Shown here piece by piece: positions 37,098 to 46,492 of a stretch of DNA of 64,000 nt (positions within the stretch are counted from its first letter, which is position 1; each line of letters starts with the position of its first letter). Both the position numbers and the translations under genes were made by a program. The DNA comes from an uncultured Methanomassiliicoccales archaeon (GTDB lineage Archaea > Thermoplasmatota > Thermoplasmata > Methanomassiliicoccales > UBA472). Location of the stretch: contig OY968769.1 of the NCBI GenBank assembly GCA_963695345.1, positions 1,568,001 through 1,632,000 of the forward strand, read 5' to 3'. The notes under the pieces were generated by a model that did not search any database, was not told where the DNA came from, and saw only the letters and a program-made list of their open reading frames with translations.

Positions 37098-37988
37098 TCA
37101 TCGTGAGAGAGATGATACCAGGCTGACAAATGCCCGGTTCAGCCGAACATCTAGCCCTGCCTCGGTCCCGACACGGGCGATCTCCCCATTGATGTGGTCG
37201 ATCTCGGTCCTCTTTCCCCTCTCCACGTCCTGAAGCATGCTGGAACGGTTGCCCGCGGTGGCTCTTGCGAGGTTCTCCACCTCCGTGAATGTCAGGTCCT
37301 GGGGTCCGAACTGTCCGGTCGACGACCCGACCGAGCAGGATTCCCGGAAACAGAGCCTGGCCAGGTCATTGATGTCCCGATCGTCGATGATGACCGCATT
37401 GAGCTTCCTGGTGATGGCCGTGATGGGATTGATACATGAGCTGATGACCGCCTTTTTCCAGACGTCCTTCCGTATGTCCGGGGAACGGCGACATGGGATC
37501 CCTGCCGGGCGGAACGACTCCAGGACTATATCCTGGGAATCGTCTGGACCTTCCAATCCTCCCATGGCCACCTCACCCAATCCAGTGAGCCTGACGTGCC
37601 CTGGTCCGACGTAGTCGGCGCCCAGGTTGGTTATTCCGATCATTGATCCAGGTCGTAATTCCATCACGTCCCTCAGTACAGTCAACCCGTTCTGAATGGT
37701 CAGCAAGGGCGTGCGTTCCCCCAGAAGTTGGGCGACCGAGCACATTGACGCCCTTGTGTCGTAGGCCTTCACCGTCAATATGACCAGGTCCTGGACCGGC
37801 AATCCCTCGGCATCCGTCGTTGCCTTCGGGAACACCTTCCTTTCCACCAGTCCATCCAACCGCAGGCCGTTCGCATTGATCTCCCGCGCATGGTCCTCGC
37901 GGCAGATCAGAGTAATGTTATGGCTTTCCGCCATCAGGCCTCCGATCACGCTTCCCAGGGCTCCTGCCCCATACACTGCTATCCGCAT
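37098..37988 (-). CDS. panE: 2-dehydropantoate 2-reductase
   Basis: YGAGALG, TVKAYDT, IQNG, W.K...CINP and SSMLQDVERGKRTEIDHING. Confidence 0.93.
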   Translation of the reverse strand: MRIAVYGAGALGSVIGGLMAESHNITLICREDHAREINANGLRLDGLVERKVFPKATTDAEGLPVQDLVILTVKAYDTRASMCSVAQLLGERTPLLTIQNGLTVLRDVMELRPGSMIGITNLGADYVGPGHVRLTGLGEVAMGGLEGPDDSQDIVLESFRPAGIPCRRSPDIRKDVWKKAVISSCINPITAITRKLNAVIIDDRDINDLARLCFRESCSVGSSTGQFGPQDLTFTEVENLARATAGNRSSMLQDVERGKRTEIDHINGEIARVGTEAGLDVRLNRAFVSLVSSLSR

Positions 37989-38929
37989 CAGACCGCCATC
38001 CATTTCTTGCGTTGCTCCTTCGACATTCGGTCAGCGATCCGCAGAGGATCTTTGGACCTGTCCGCGGTCGCCTTGCGTACGATCTCGACGGCGGTCCCGA
38101 GGGAGATGCGATGACCGACCGAAACGTAAAGGGGCCGGTTATTCGGGAGAGTGAGCCTGGTGCCTAGTACTTCTCCATCCACGACGATGGGTGATTCCTC
38201 TGAGCCGCTTTCCTCCACCTTTCCGACGAGAAGGCTTTTCGCCACTCCCACGGTAGGCACGTCCAGGCAGACCCCGATATGGCAGGCGATACCAAACCGC
38301 CTAGGGTGCAGGGTTCCCTGTCCATCGATCAGGTGGACGGTGTCCTGAGATGTCGGGTCTATCAGGCGGCTTAGGATAGGCAGTTCGCGATAGGTCAGGT
38401 AGGTCGGCACATACGGGAACAGGACCTTCCCCTTTTCCAGACGGCTGCCGACTATCTCTCCGGTCATGGCTTCTTGGATGACCTTGACCGCAAAGGCATC
38501 ATCGCCCCGATATGACACGTCCAGCGCCGCGTACGCGTTCGGTTCCGCAAAATCGTCACCGGCCACAACCAACGGCCTCAGCTCCTCTTGCCTGAGCCTC
38601 ATCTTCTCGAGCAGAGGCTCGATGTCGAAATCTTGGAAGAGGTGTTTCTTCAGATCAGATACCTTGCCCGCTATGATATCGACCCCCTCATCCCGCAACA
38701 GGGACTCTTTCCTTTCCCTTCCGCATCCCTTCCCGGCATACCAGCCGACCTCCCCATCATTGTAGACGATCCGGTGGCAAGGGACGACTATCGGAGTCGG
38801 GTTTTCTGAAAGTATCATGCCGACGGCCCGGGCGGCCCTTATGTCTCCAAGGGCCCGGGCTATCGCTCCGTATGTTGAGACCATTCCCCGGGGGATCTGA
38901 GCCGTGGCCTCATAGACCAGATTGGCCAT
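37988..38929 (-). CDS. O6-alkylguanine-DNA alkyltransferase/endonuclease V fusion (start uncertain)
   Basis: AGT part: STYGAIA..ARAVG..NP..VPCHRIV. EndoV part: LDVSY, FPYVPTYLTYRE, IDGQGTLHPRRFGIACH, GVAKS and LYVSVGH. Confidence 0.92.
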   Translation of the reverse strand: MANLVYEATAQIPRGMVSTYGAIARALGDIRAARAVGMILSENPTPIVVPCHRIVYNDGEVGWYAGKGCGRERKESLLRDEGVDIIAGKVSDLKKHLFQDFDIEPLLEKMRLRQEELRPLVVAGDDFAEPNAYAALDVSYRGDDAFAVKVIQEAMTGEIVGSRLEKGKVLFPYVPTYLTYRELPILSRLIDPTSQDTVHLIDGQGTLHPRRFGIACHIGVCLDVPTVGVAKSLLVGKVEESGSEESPIVVDGEVLGTRLTLPNNRPLYVSVGHRISLGTAVEIVRKATADRSKDPLRIADRMSKEQRKKWMAV

Positions 38930-39023
38930 GTCATGGTCCTCGAGATCTAAACCACAGGGAACGCTGGCGGTCCCGCCCTTCCTTATCATGCCCATTGTGG
39001 GAGAGGCCATCATCGTTTTGAAT

Positions 39024-40481
39024 CTATCGCAAACCAAATGAGGCACGCCGATGTCTCCCCACTGCCATCACCAACAAAGCGCTGATCCCCAGCAGCGCCG
39101 CATCCAACAAGATTGCTATTGTCCAGTCACCCGTCGAGTCCCGGAGCGTGCCGGAAACGACAGGCGACGACAGGGCCCCGAGCTCGGCCACAAGGTTCCA
39201 CATTCCGAAGGTCTGTCCCATCTTCTCAGGCGCTGCCAGGTCCGCGGTCAGGGTCATATGGAACGTCTGCATGGCCGCGAACACGACGCCGATGGCGAAT
39301 ATCAGTGCTGTCAGCAAGATCAGGTCCGGACGGCCGGTCGAAAGGCAAAGGGCAAGAAACGAGACCAGCAGAGCCAGCAGGAAACAGGTGATGACGTACG
39401 CCTTCTTTCTTCCTGCTGGGGATATCCGGTCTCCGATCTTGCCCCCGATGGGATATCCTAGGATATTGGCCAGACCAAAGAAACCCGCATAGAGCGCCGC
39501 CCCGGCGATCCCAAGGTTCGCCGCTTCGCTCACCACCATCGTTGCCCAGAATCCGAAGAACCATAACGTATAGAGGATCGGGATGGCCGAAACATACATC
39601 AACAGGAGGTCACGGCCCATTATCGACCGGTCGATGGTGCGACCTGAACCCTTGACGATGAACAGCAGAAGCACCATGGCCAAAGACCCTACCGCCACCG
39701 CCTGTAATATGGTGTTCAAGCCCAGCTCGACGGTCAGCGTATAGACGGCCATGATGGACAGGAAGATCACCGCCGAGGTTGCGCCCAGTCCAATAAGGGC
39801 GCGACGGTAGCTACCCTTGACTGGCTGTTCTTTCCCTTTGAATCGGAATAGTAGGAGCGATATCAGAAGGGTCGGTCCCGAGAATATCAGGAAAGGTACA
39901 GTCCAGGCTGTTTCCTTCCCCAGGCTTTGCGCTGCCAGGTCCAGTATGTAAGGGGTGAGCACGGTCGCGATGGTGAGCCCCGTTCCCAGACCCACGAACA
40001 CGATGCCCATTCCCATAGCCCTTTTTTCCTTCGGGGTCTCCGCGGCGACCAACGCTCGGTCGTTGGAGTAGTACGCCCCCTCGCCTAGGCCAGTCGCCAC
40101 CCTGGTGGAGACGAATGCGGTCAGGGTGTTGGACAGGGCAGTGATCCCGGTGAAAATCCCCGCCCACGCGGTGCTGATCACCAGCAGGACCTTCCGCCCG
40201 TACTTGTCACCCAAGTATCCGGCTGGGAATTGGGTTAGCATATACCCGGCGAAGAACATCGATCCGATTATTCCGCCGATGGCATACGGCACCGTCGTGT
40301 CGGAAAGGAAGGATACCTCGTTGGCGATCATCCAGGACACGACCGGTCCGGTAATGGACCGATCTATATAGCAAAACATCCAGGCCAGGAAAAGATAGAC
40401 CCAGAGGGTATGGTAGCGCTTCCACCCCGTACGAAATCGATGATGCTTACCTTCCTCTTCCGGACCGTCCACCAGCTTCAC
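39024..40481 (-). CDS. MFS transporter
   Basis: YIDRS, motif A GYLGDKYGRK, R..TGLGEG; about 14 hydrophobic segments. Confidence 0.92.
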   Translation of the reverse strand: MKLVDGPEEEGKHHRFRTGWKRYHTLWVYLFLAWMFCYIDRSITGPVVSWMIANEVSFLSDTTVPYAIGGIIGSMFFAGYMLTQFPAGYLGDKYGRKVLLVISTAWAGIFTGITALSNTLTAFVSTRVATGLGEGAYYSNDRALVAAETPKEKRAMGMGIVFVGLGTGLTIATVLTPYILDLAAQSLGKETAWTVPFLIFSGPTLLISLLLFRFKGKEQPVKGSYRRALIGLGATSAVIFLSIMAVYTLTVELGLNTILQAVAVGSLAMVLLLFIVKGSGRTIDRSIMGRDLLLMYVSAIPILYTLWFFGFWATMVVSEAANLGIAGAALYAGFFGLANILGYPIGGKIGDRISPAGRKKAYVITCFLLALLVSFLALCLSTGRPDLILLTALIFAIGVVFAAMQTFHMTLTADLAAPEKMGQTFGMWNLVAELGALSSPVVSGTLRDSTGDWTIAILLDAALLGISALLVMAVGRHRRASFGLR

Positions 40482-40565
40482 CAGCCGGTTTCCTGGTTGG
40501 CGGGCTGGAAACGGTAAACAATGCCCGATGGTATATCGCGAACGTGGTCTTCAGGTTTGCTATCC

Positions 40566-41069
40566 TCAGTCCATGCTCTTTCCGTATGAGTTCCAGTAGA
40601 CCAGCTCGTTCATCGACTTCCTGGACCTTGCCTCCGGAGCCTCGTCCGGATATCCAATCGCCAGACATACGGTGATGACCTTGTCCTTGGGCACGTTCAG
40701 ATAAGTTGCCATCTTTTCCGGTTCAAAGGCTCCCACCCAGCAGGTCCCCAGCCCGTTCTCGGCGGCGGCCAGGGTTATGTGGTCCAGGGCGATGGACAGG
40801 TCCACCCGGTTCCATTTCTGTTGCGGGTCGTCGACACCTGCGATGAAGGCGGAAGCTTCCCCGACGAAGCGCTGGTTCTTGCACAAAGGGACCAGCTCCT
40901 TCCTTTTTTCCGGGTCTGTGACAACGATGAGGTGGAACGGCTGCCTGTTGGCCCCTGAAGGGGCCAGCCGGGCTGCCTCGAGGACCTGGAGCAGGACATC
41001 TTGGGGTATCTCCTTCGCCTTGTACTTTCTGATGCTCCTTCTGTTCTTAATCGTCTCAATCGCGTCCAT
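40566..41069 (-). CDS. Nitroreductase family protein
   Basis: IKNRRSIRKY, ARLAPSGANRQP, LGTCWVG and IGYP. Confidence 0.93.
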   Translation of the reverse strand: MDAIETIKNRRSIRKYKAKEIPQDVLLQVLEAARLAPSGANRQPFHLIVVTDPEKRKELVPLCKNQRFVGEASAFIAGVDDPQQKWNRVDLSIALDHITLAAAENGLGTCWVGAFEPEKMATYLNVPKDKVITVCLAIGYPDEAPEARSRKSMNELVYWNSYGKSMD

Positions 41070-41165
41070 GGTCAAACTCTCGGTGCGTTACAATCGGAGC
41101 TTCCGACTAAAGCATTTTGCTCCGGAAACGGCGGAATGAAGGAATTGGTTTCCAAGTAGTTCCGG

Positions 41166-42734
41166 TCACTCTTTCTTGACCGCCTCGCTTGCCTCGTGGA
41201 GCCAGACGACCGACTGCGGGAACGGGATCTCTATCCCGGCCTTGTTGAACTCCCGGAGGACCGCCTCACGGTAGTCTGAGCCGACCTTGAACTGGTTCTT
41301 GACATCGTCGACCCAGAGGAAGATCTTGAACAATAGGTCAGAGGCCTCGAAATCACTGAAGCGAACGACGGTCTTGTGGTCGTCATTGTTGAGCACGTTC
41401 GGGTGCTTGGCCGCCTCTTCGGTCAATATCCTCTTAACCTGTTCCACGTCCGATCCGTAGGCGACCCCGACCTTGACGGTGATTATCAGCTTACGGTCCG
41501 GCTCAACCATGTTCACGATCTTGTTGTTGGCGATCTGGTCATTGGGGATGATGACCTCCTCGTGGGTGAAGGTGTTGTAGAGCGTGGTCGACCGCATCCC
41601 GATGCGGGTGACCTCGCAGATATCTCCACCATCGATCTCCAGCAGGTCCCCGATCTTGAAGGGACGGTCGACCAGCATCTGCAATCCGGCGAAGAAGTTG
41701 GCCAATGTCGATTGCGCCGCGAAACCGATGACTATGCCCAGGAAGCCGACCCCGGCCAACAGAACAGTCACATCGTAACCGAACATGTTGAAGATGGCGA
41801 TCATGGCCAGGACCGGGATCAATACCATGCCGAGCTTCTCCACCACAGGGACGACGACGTCGTCGATCTCGGTGTTCGTTTTCTTGGAGAACTCCTTGGC
41901 GTAATACAGGACGACCTCATCGAATATCTTGTAGGCGACGTAGGCGATGAGGAGGATGACCATGAGGCTGTAGACCGTCTCGATCATCTTCACGTAGTTC
42001 CTGGGGAGATTCAGGATCTCCAGCGAATTGACCACTATTCCATAGGTGACGATGAAGATGAACACCGGGTACCTGAGGATCCGGAGCAGGATGTCATCCA
42101 GGTCTGATTCGGTCTTCCGGGTGGAAAAGTGAATGAGCGGGGCGACCCCGAACATGACCACCAGGGCGATGGCTATCCACCCCAGAAGGGTCACGAGGAA
42201 CGCCCCATAGTTCGAATCGAACGGGGCCGGCAGGTTGTTCTGCCACACTCCGAATATCATGTTCTGGCCCGCTTTCGTGCCATAGGTAGAATCGATATGC
42301 AGCGACACCTGCTTGGTGACCGTTATGGTCTGGGTCGGATCGTTCATCTGAGTGAACTCGAACACGACCGGGAAGGAGACATCGGTGGCTCCCAGGTCCG
42401 GGTTCGGGACCAGGGTCAGTTTCACTGTCGGCGCCTCGCCTGGGTAAACGGCGGTAAAGTTCTGCTCGAAGGTCGGGCTGATGTCATTCGTGTTCAAGCC
42501 AGTGACGTTGACCTTCAGCAAGAAGGGGGAGCTGTCATTGTTGAAGACGACCCATTCGAACGTGACATGCTGCGATGCGTCAATGCTGCTGGTATAGTTG
42601 TTCTCGTCAACATCAAAAACGTTGACCCCGCTGGCCTGCACGGTCGGGGCAATCGCCGCAAGCACCAGCAGCATGACGAACGGCATGGCCACGAGCCAAG
42701 CCATCTTCTTGCTCTTACCCTTCGATATAGACAT
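41166..42734 (-). CDS. MscS family mechanosensitive channel with N-terminal extracellular domain
   Basis: Signal peptide, beta-rich domain, GFAAQSTLANFFAG..DRPFKIGD..IGMRST..IPN and GIEIPFPQ. Confidence 0.93.
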   Translation of the reverse strand: MSISKGKSKKMAWLVAMPFVMLLVLAAIAPTVQASGVNVFDVDENNYTSSIDASQHVTFEWVVFNNDSSPFLLKVNVTGLNTNDISPTFEQNFTAVYPGEAPTVKLTLVPNPDLGATDVSFPVVFEFTQMNDPTQTITVTKQVSLHIDSTYGTKAGQNMIFGVWQNNLPAPFDSNYGAFLVTLLGWIAIALVVMFGVAPLIHFSTRKTESDLDDILLRILRYPVFIFIVTYGIVVNSLEILNLPRNYVKMIETVYSLMVILLIAYVAYKIFDEVVLYYAKEFSKKTNTEIDDVVVPVVEKLGMVLIPVLAMIAIFNMFGYDVTVLLAGVGFLGIVIGFAAQSTLANFFAGLQMLVDRPFKIGDLLEIDGGDICEVTRIGMRSTTLYNTFTHEEVIIPNDQIANNKIVNMVEPDRKLIITVKVGVAYGSDVEQVKRILTEEAAKHPNVLNNDDHKTVVRFSDFEASDLLFKIFLWVDDVKNQFKVGSDYREAVLREFNKAGIEIPFPQSVVWLHEASEAVKKE

Positions 42735-42876
42735 GTCCGCACACCCACCAAAAATGGAACGTAGATGCATCGTTTGACAATATTAAAAACTTCAGACGGT
42801 GCCCAGTTCCAATATTGATACCAGGCGTTACCAGGACAACAAAGGTAAATAATCGATAAATCTTTGAGCAGGGTGC

Positions 42877-43761
42877 ATGGATTGGCTTCCTTTTGTCAGA
42901 CTTGGCGTAGCATTGGCCATTGCCTGTTTCGCTTCCATAGCTGATTGGAGGAAGCGAGAGGTTTCCGATCTCCATTGGGCAGCGATGGGCATTGCCGGTC
43001 TGGCGTTATTGGCGGTCCAGATAGTCCAGGACAATGTGGACCTGACCTACCTGCTGTTCCTGTTACCGTTGGCATGGTTCTTCTTCGATATGCTGGTCGA
43101 ACGTCGGGGGATGTTCGAGGAAGGCATCAATCCACTGCCGATCGCTCTCTATCTGGGCAGCTTCGCCATAATCGCCTATCTGCTATCGCTCTTCTGGAGC
43201 GAAGGCTACATGTGGCAATTGATGGTCATTCCCGTACTGTTCGTGCTGTTCTTCTTCCTTTACCAGTTCAATATCATCAAGGGAGGGGCGGACGCGAAGG
43301 CGCTGATCGCCATCGCCATATTGATCCCGCGCTATCCCATGCTGGGGCCGTTCCCGTTGATCCATGTGGTGGTCGATGCCACCCAGTACATCATGCCGTT
43401 CGCCATCTTGGTGCTGTTCAACGCGGCGCTGCTGACCCTGACCGTCCCGGTGGTCATGTTCTTCCTTAACCTTTCCCGGCGCGATCTGCGGTTCCCGACG
43501 ATGTTCTTCGGGTATAAGATGGACCTTCCAAAGGCCAGGGAGAAGTTCGTGTGGCCTATGGAATACATCAAGGACGGGCAGTTGAAGATGTCCGTCTTCG
43601 TCAGGCCTGATGACGCCATCGAGGACCAGTTCGGTCAGCTGGAGGCCGCTGGCATGACCAGGATATGGGTGACCCCGAAGATACCGTTCCTCATCCCCAT
43701 CACAGCGTCGTTGTTGTTCTCGACCATCGTGGGCAACATCATCTTCTTCCTGATCGCATAA
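42877..43761 (+). CDS. Archaeal prepilin/preflagellin peptidase (A24, PibD/FlaK type)
   Basis: ASIADWRKREVSD, GxGD variant KGGADAK and C-terminal IWVTPKIPFLIP. Confidence 0.9.
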   Translation: MDWLPFVRLGVALAIACFASIADWRKREVSDLHWAAMGIAGLALLAVQIVQDNVDLTYLLFLLPLAWFFFDMLVERRGMFEEGINPLPIALYLGSFAIIAYLLSLFWSEGYMWQLMVIPVLFVLFFFLYQFNIIKGGADAKALIAIAILIPRYPMLGPFPLIHVVVDATQYIMPFAILVLFNAALLTLTVPVVMFFLNLSRRDLRFPTMFFGYKMDLPKAREKFVWPMEYIKDGQLKMSVFVRPDDAIEDQFGQLEAAGMTRIWVTPKIPFLIPITASLLFSTIVGNIIFFLIA

Positions 43762-44399
43762 AATAAGCGCACTCGCTGGCAAGGGAACATCGGGAGCAGG
43801 ACGGGACCGCACGGCACACTTCCTTGGAATGCTGGACGATCAACGCGTAGAGGTCGTGGAGCTCACGCGGTCCTCCGATAAGTGTCGATTCCACAAAGGA
43901 TTGTACTTCATCGTAATCCTCTGAGCATAGCACGCCGGTGCGGTTCAGCATCCTGGATGAATATGCCGCCGCCACGAACTTGGCCCTCCCCGCTCCGAAC
44001 ACCAGAATGGAATCGGCCGTCTCTTTCCCGATCCCTCCGAGAGACAACAGTTCCCTCCTCACCGAATCCGTCGGTCCGGTCAGAAGGTGCATCGGATCGG
44101 AACCGTGACGTATCGACAATGTATGTTGCCAGCTCCCTTATCCTCTTGGCCTTCTGCCGGTAGAAACCGACGGGTTTGAGGATCGATTCAAGGACATCGA
44201 GGTCCACCGAGGCCATGCGGTCGACCTCCAGGAGCCCTTCCGCCCGGAGCCTGTCAAGAACCTTGGCCACGCTCTCCCAGGCGGTCTGCTGCGTGAGGAC
44301 CGCCCCGACCATCACCTCGAAAGGAGAATCTGATGGCCACCATTCCCTGACGTCATAGGTTCCGCGCAGCAGCTCCAGAAGCCTTTCGATGTCCAACAT
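43739..44399 (-). CDS. HhH-GPD (endonuclease III-related) DNA glycosylase, +1 frameshift near 44111
   Basis: WWP..PFEVMVGAVLTQQTAW..GFYRQKA, then in the next frame LGGIGKETADSIL and the FeS loop CRAVPSCSRCSLASEC. Confidence 0.85.
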
Positions 44400-44423
44400 G
44401 GTCGTTCCATCGGTGCCGTTCCG

Positions 44424-45422
44424 CTACATGATCATGTTCAGCGGCTCTCCGCATTTGCCGCATTTACCGTTCGCGTCCATTGCCACCCTCTCCGCGTAGA
44501 ATCCCAGGCGCCGTACCGCCAGCGCACCGCATTTCGGGCAGGCGGTGTTCTCACCGTCGGTGGTTGCCAGGTTGCCCAGATAGACGAAGCCAAGTCCCGC
44601 CTCCAAAGCCACCGTTCGGGCCATCTCCATGGTCTTGACCGGTGTGGCCGGGATATCGCTCATCAGGTAGTCCGGATGGAACCGGGAGAAATGGACCGGC
44701 ATCCGCGCGTCGATACTCGCCGCCCAGCGGCAGAAGTCCCCGATCTCCTCAGGGGAGTCGTTGCGGCCGGGGATGATCAGATAGGTCAGCTCCACATGGA
44801 CGCCCAGGTCATGGGCCATCTCCACCGTGTCCAGCACCGGCTGCAGGCGGGCCTTGCATATCTTGCGGTAGAACTCGTCCCGGAACCCCTTCACGTCGAT
44901 GTTGGCGGCATCGATGACCTCCGCTAGTTTCCTGACCGGCTCTTCGTTAATGAAGCCGTTGGTAACGAACACGGTGAACTGCCCCTTTGCCTTGCAAGCC
45001 TTCGAGGCATCATAGATGAACTCGTGCCACATGGTCGGCTCGTTGTAGGTCCAGGCCACTCCCCCGCAGGTGGATTTCCGGCACAGTTCCGGAACCTCTT
45101 CCGGGGTGAGGTCCCGCAGGTGCACGTCGGCGATCTTGGCCTGGGAAATGGTGAAGTTCTGGCAATGCAGGCAGCCGAGGTTGCATCCCACGCTTCCGAA
45201 CGAAAGCACCTCCTTCCCCGGATGGAAATGAAAAAGGGGCTTCTTCTCGATGGGGTCCACTGCCATCGAGGAGGCCTTGCCGTAGGTAAGGGCGATCAGC
45301 ACTCCCTCCATGTTCTTCCTCACCCCGCATATGCCCGTCTTCCCTTCCGCTATGCGGCATTCGTGCGGGCACAGATGGCAAGCCACCTTGCCCTCGGCGG
45401 TGTCCCAGAACCTTGCCTCCAT
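44424..45422 (-). CDS. amrS: AmmeMemoRadiSam system radical SAM enzyme
   Basis: N-terminal CHLCPHEC..CGVR, DPIEKKPLFHF, CNLGCLHCQN, TYNEP, HFSRFHP and CPKCG. Confidence 0.92.
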   Translation of the reverse strand: MEARFWDTAEGKVACHLCPHECRIAEGKTGICGVRKNMEGVLIALTYGKASSMAVDPIEKKPLFHFHPGKEVLSFGSVGCNLGCLHCQNFTISQAKIADVHLRDLTPEEVPELCRKSTCGGVAWTYNEPTMWHEFIYDASKACKAKGQFTVFVTNGFINEEPVRKLAEVIDAANIDVKGFRDEFYRKICKARLQPVLDTVEMAHDLGVHVELTYLIIPGRNDSPEEIGDFCRWAASIDARMPVHFSRFHPDYLMSDIPATPVKTMEMARTVALEAGLGFVYLGNLATTDGENTACPKCGALAVRRLGFYAERVAMDANGKCGKCGEPLNMIM

Positions 45423-45426
45423 CGTT

Positions 45427-46389
45427 TCACCCTTTGAAATGTTCAAACCCTCTTCTTTCCAACGGCAGCAGCTGTCCGCTCCGGCGGACCACGTTCGAAC
45501 CGGTCCCGCGGGCCTCTCCGATCACGGTGAAGTCCTTTCCCAGCATCTGGTGCAGCTCTTCCTCCTTTTCGCGTTCCACGGTGAACAGCAACTGGTAGTC
45601 CCCGCCCGAGTACAGCACCATGTCCTCTACCGGCGTCAGCTTGAGCTCGGAGATCTCATAGACATCGTTGGGTATGGGGATGGAATCCCAATTGAGCACG
45701 AAATTGACATCGCTGGCTTTCGACAGCTCGTGGATGGACATGGCCAGACCATCCGATGTGTCCATGCAGGACGTCACCGCTCCGGACGCCGACAGGATGG
45801 CCGCTTCCTTCACCCGGGGTATCGGTTCCAGTAGGGCCTTTCTCGCCCGGGGGTGCTTGTTATCCAGAACAAGGTCCTCGAAGCCTGCCCCGGCCAGACC
45901 GGCTGAGCCGGTCATTGCCAGCAGATCTCCGGGCTTTGCTCCCTGGCGGAGAAGGATCCCATCCTTGCGCACTGTGCCCACCGCGGTACCGGCCAAGGCC
46001 ATCTCGTTGCATTCCTTGGTATCGCCTCCGACGTAGTCTGCGGCAACCATCTCGGAACATTCCTTGATGCCCCTGGCCACGTCCTTGACGTAGGACATAT
46101 CGGTCTCCTTGGGAAATCCCATGGAGACCACGAAGCAAAGCGGAATGGCGCCCATCGCGGCGATATCGCTGTAATTGACCGCCGCTACCGTCCATCCGAC
46201 CTGTTTCGCGGTCATGACGTCGGGCACGTGGGTATGCTTGGCGATCATGTCGGTGGTGATCACTAGATAGCGGTCTCCCAGATCGACCGCGGCCGCGTCA
46301 TCCCCCGGACCGATCCCGCCGCAGCTGCCGGCCAACTTGATCAGGTCTTCGACTACGGCCTTCTCTCCCATGTCCATCAATCGGCTCAT
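45427..46389 (-). CDS. thiL: Thiamine-monophosphate kinase
   Basis: GPGDDAA, TTDM, NYSDIAAMGA, GGDT, MDTSDGL, GGDYQLLFT and GFEHF. Confidence 0.95.
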   Translation of the reverse strand: MSRLMDMGEKAVVEDLIKLAGSCGGIGPGDDAAAVDLGDRYLVITTDMIAKHTHVPDVMTAKQVGWTVAAVNYSDIAAMGAIPLCFVVSMGFPKETDMSYVKDVARGIKECSEMVAADYVGGDTKECNEMALAGTAVGTVRKDGILLRQGAKPGDLLAMTGSAGLAGAGFEDLVLDNKHPRARKALLEPIPRVKEAAILSASGAVTSCMDTSDGLAMSIHELSKASDVNFVLNWDSIPIPNDVYEISELKLTPVEDMVLYSGGDYQLLFTVEREKEEELHQMLGKDFTVIGEARGTGSNVVRRSGQLLPLERRGFEHFKG

Positions 46390-46492
46390 CGCTATGTCAC
46401 GGTAGGAGGGAGGATAAAATGGTTGCCACTCTCCCCCGGCGGGAAATGTGCCAAGCTTTTAGAACCCGAGGGTCATTAGAGGCCAGTCGCAC

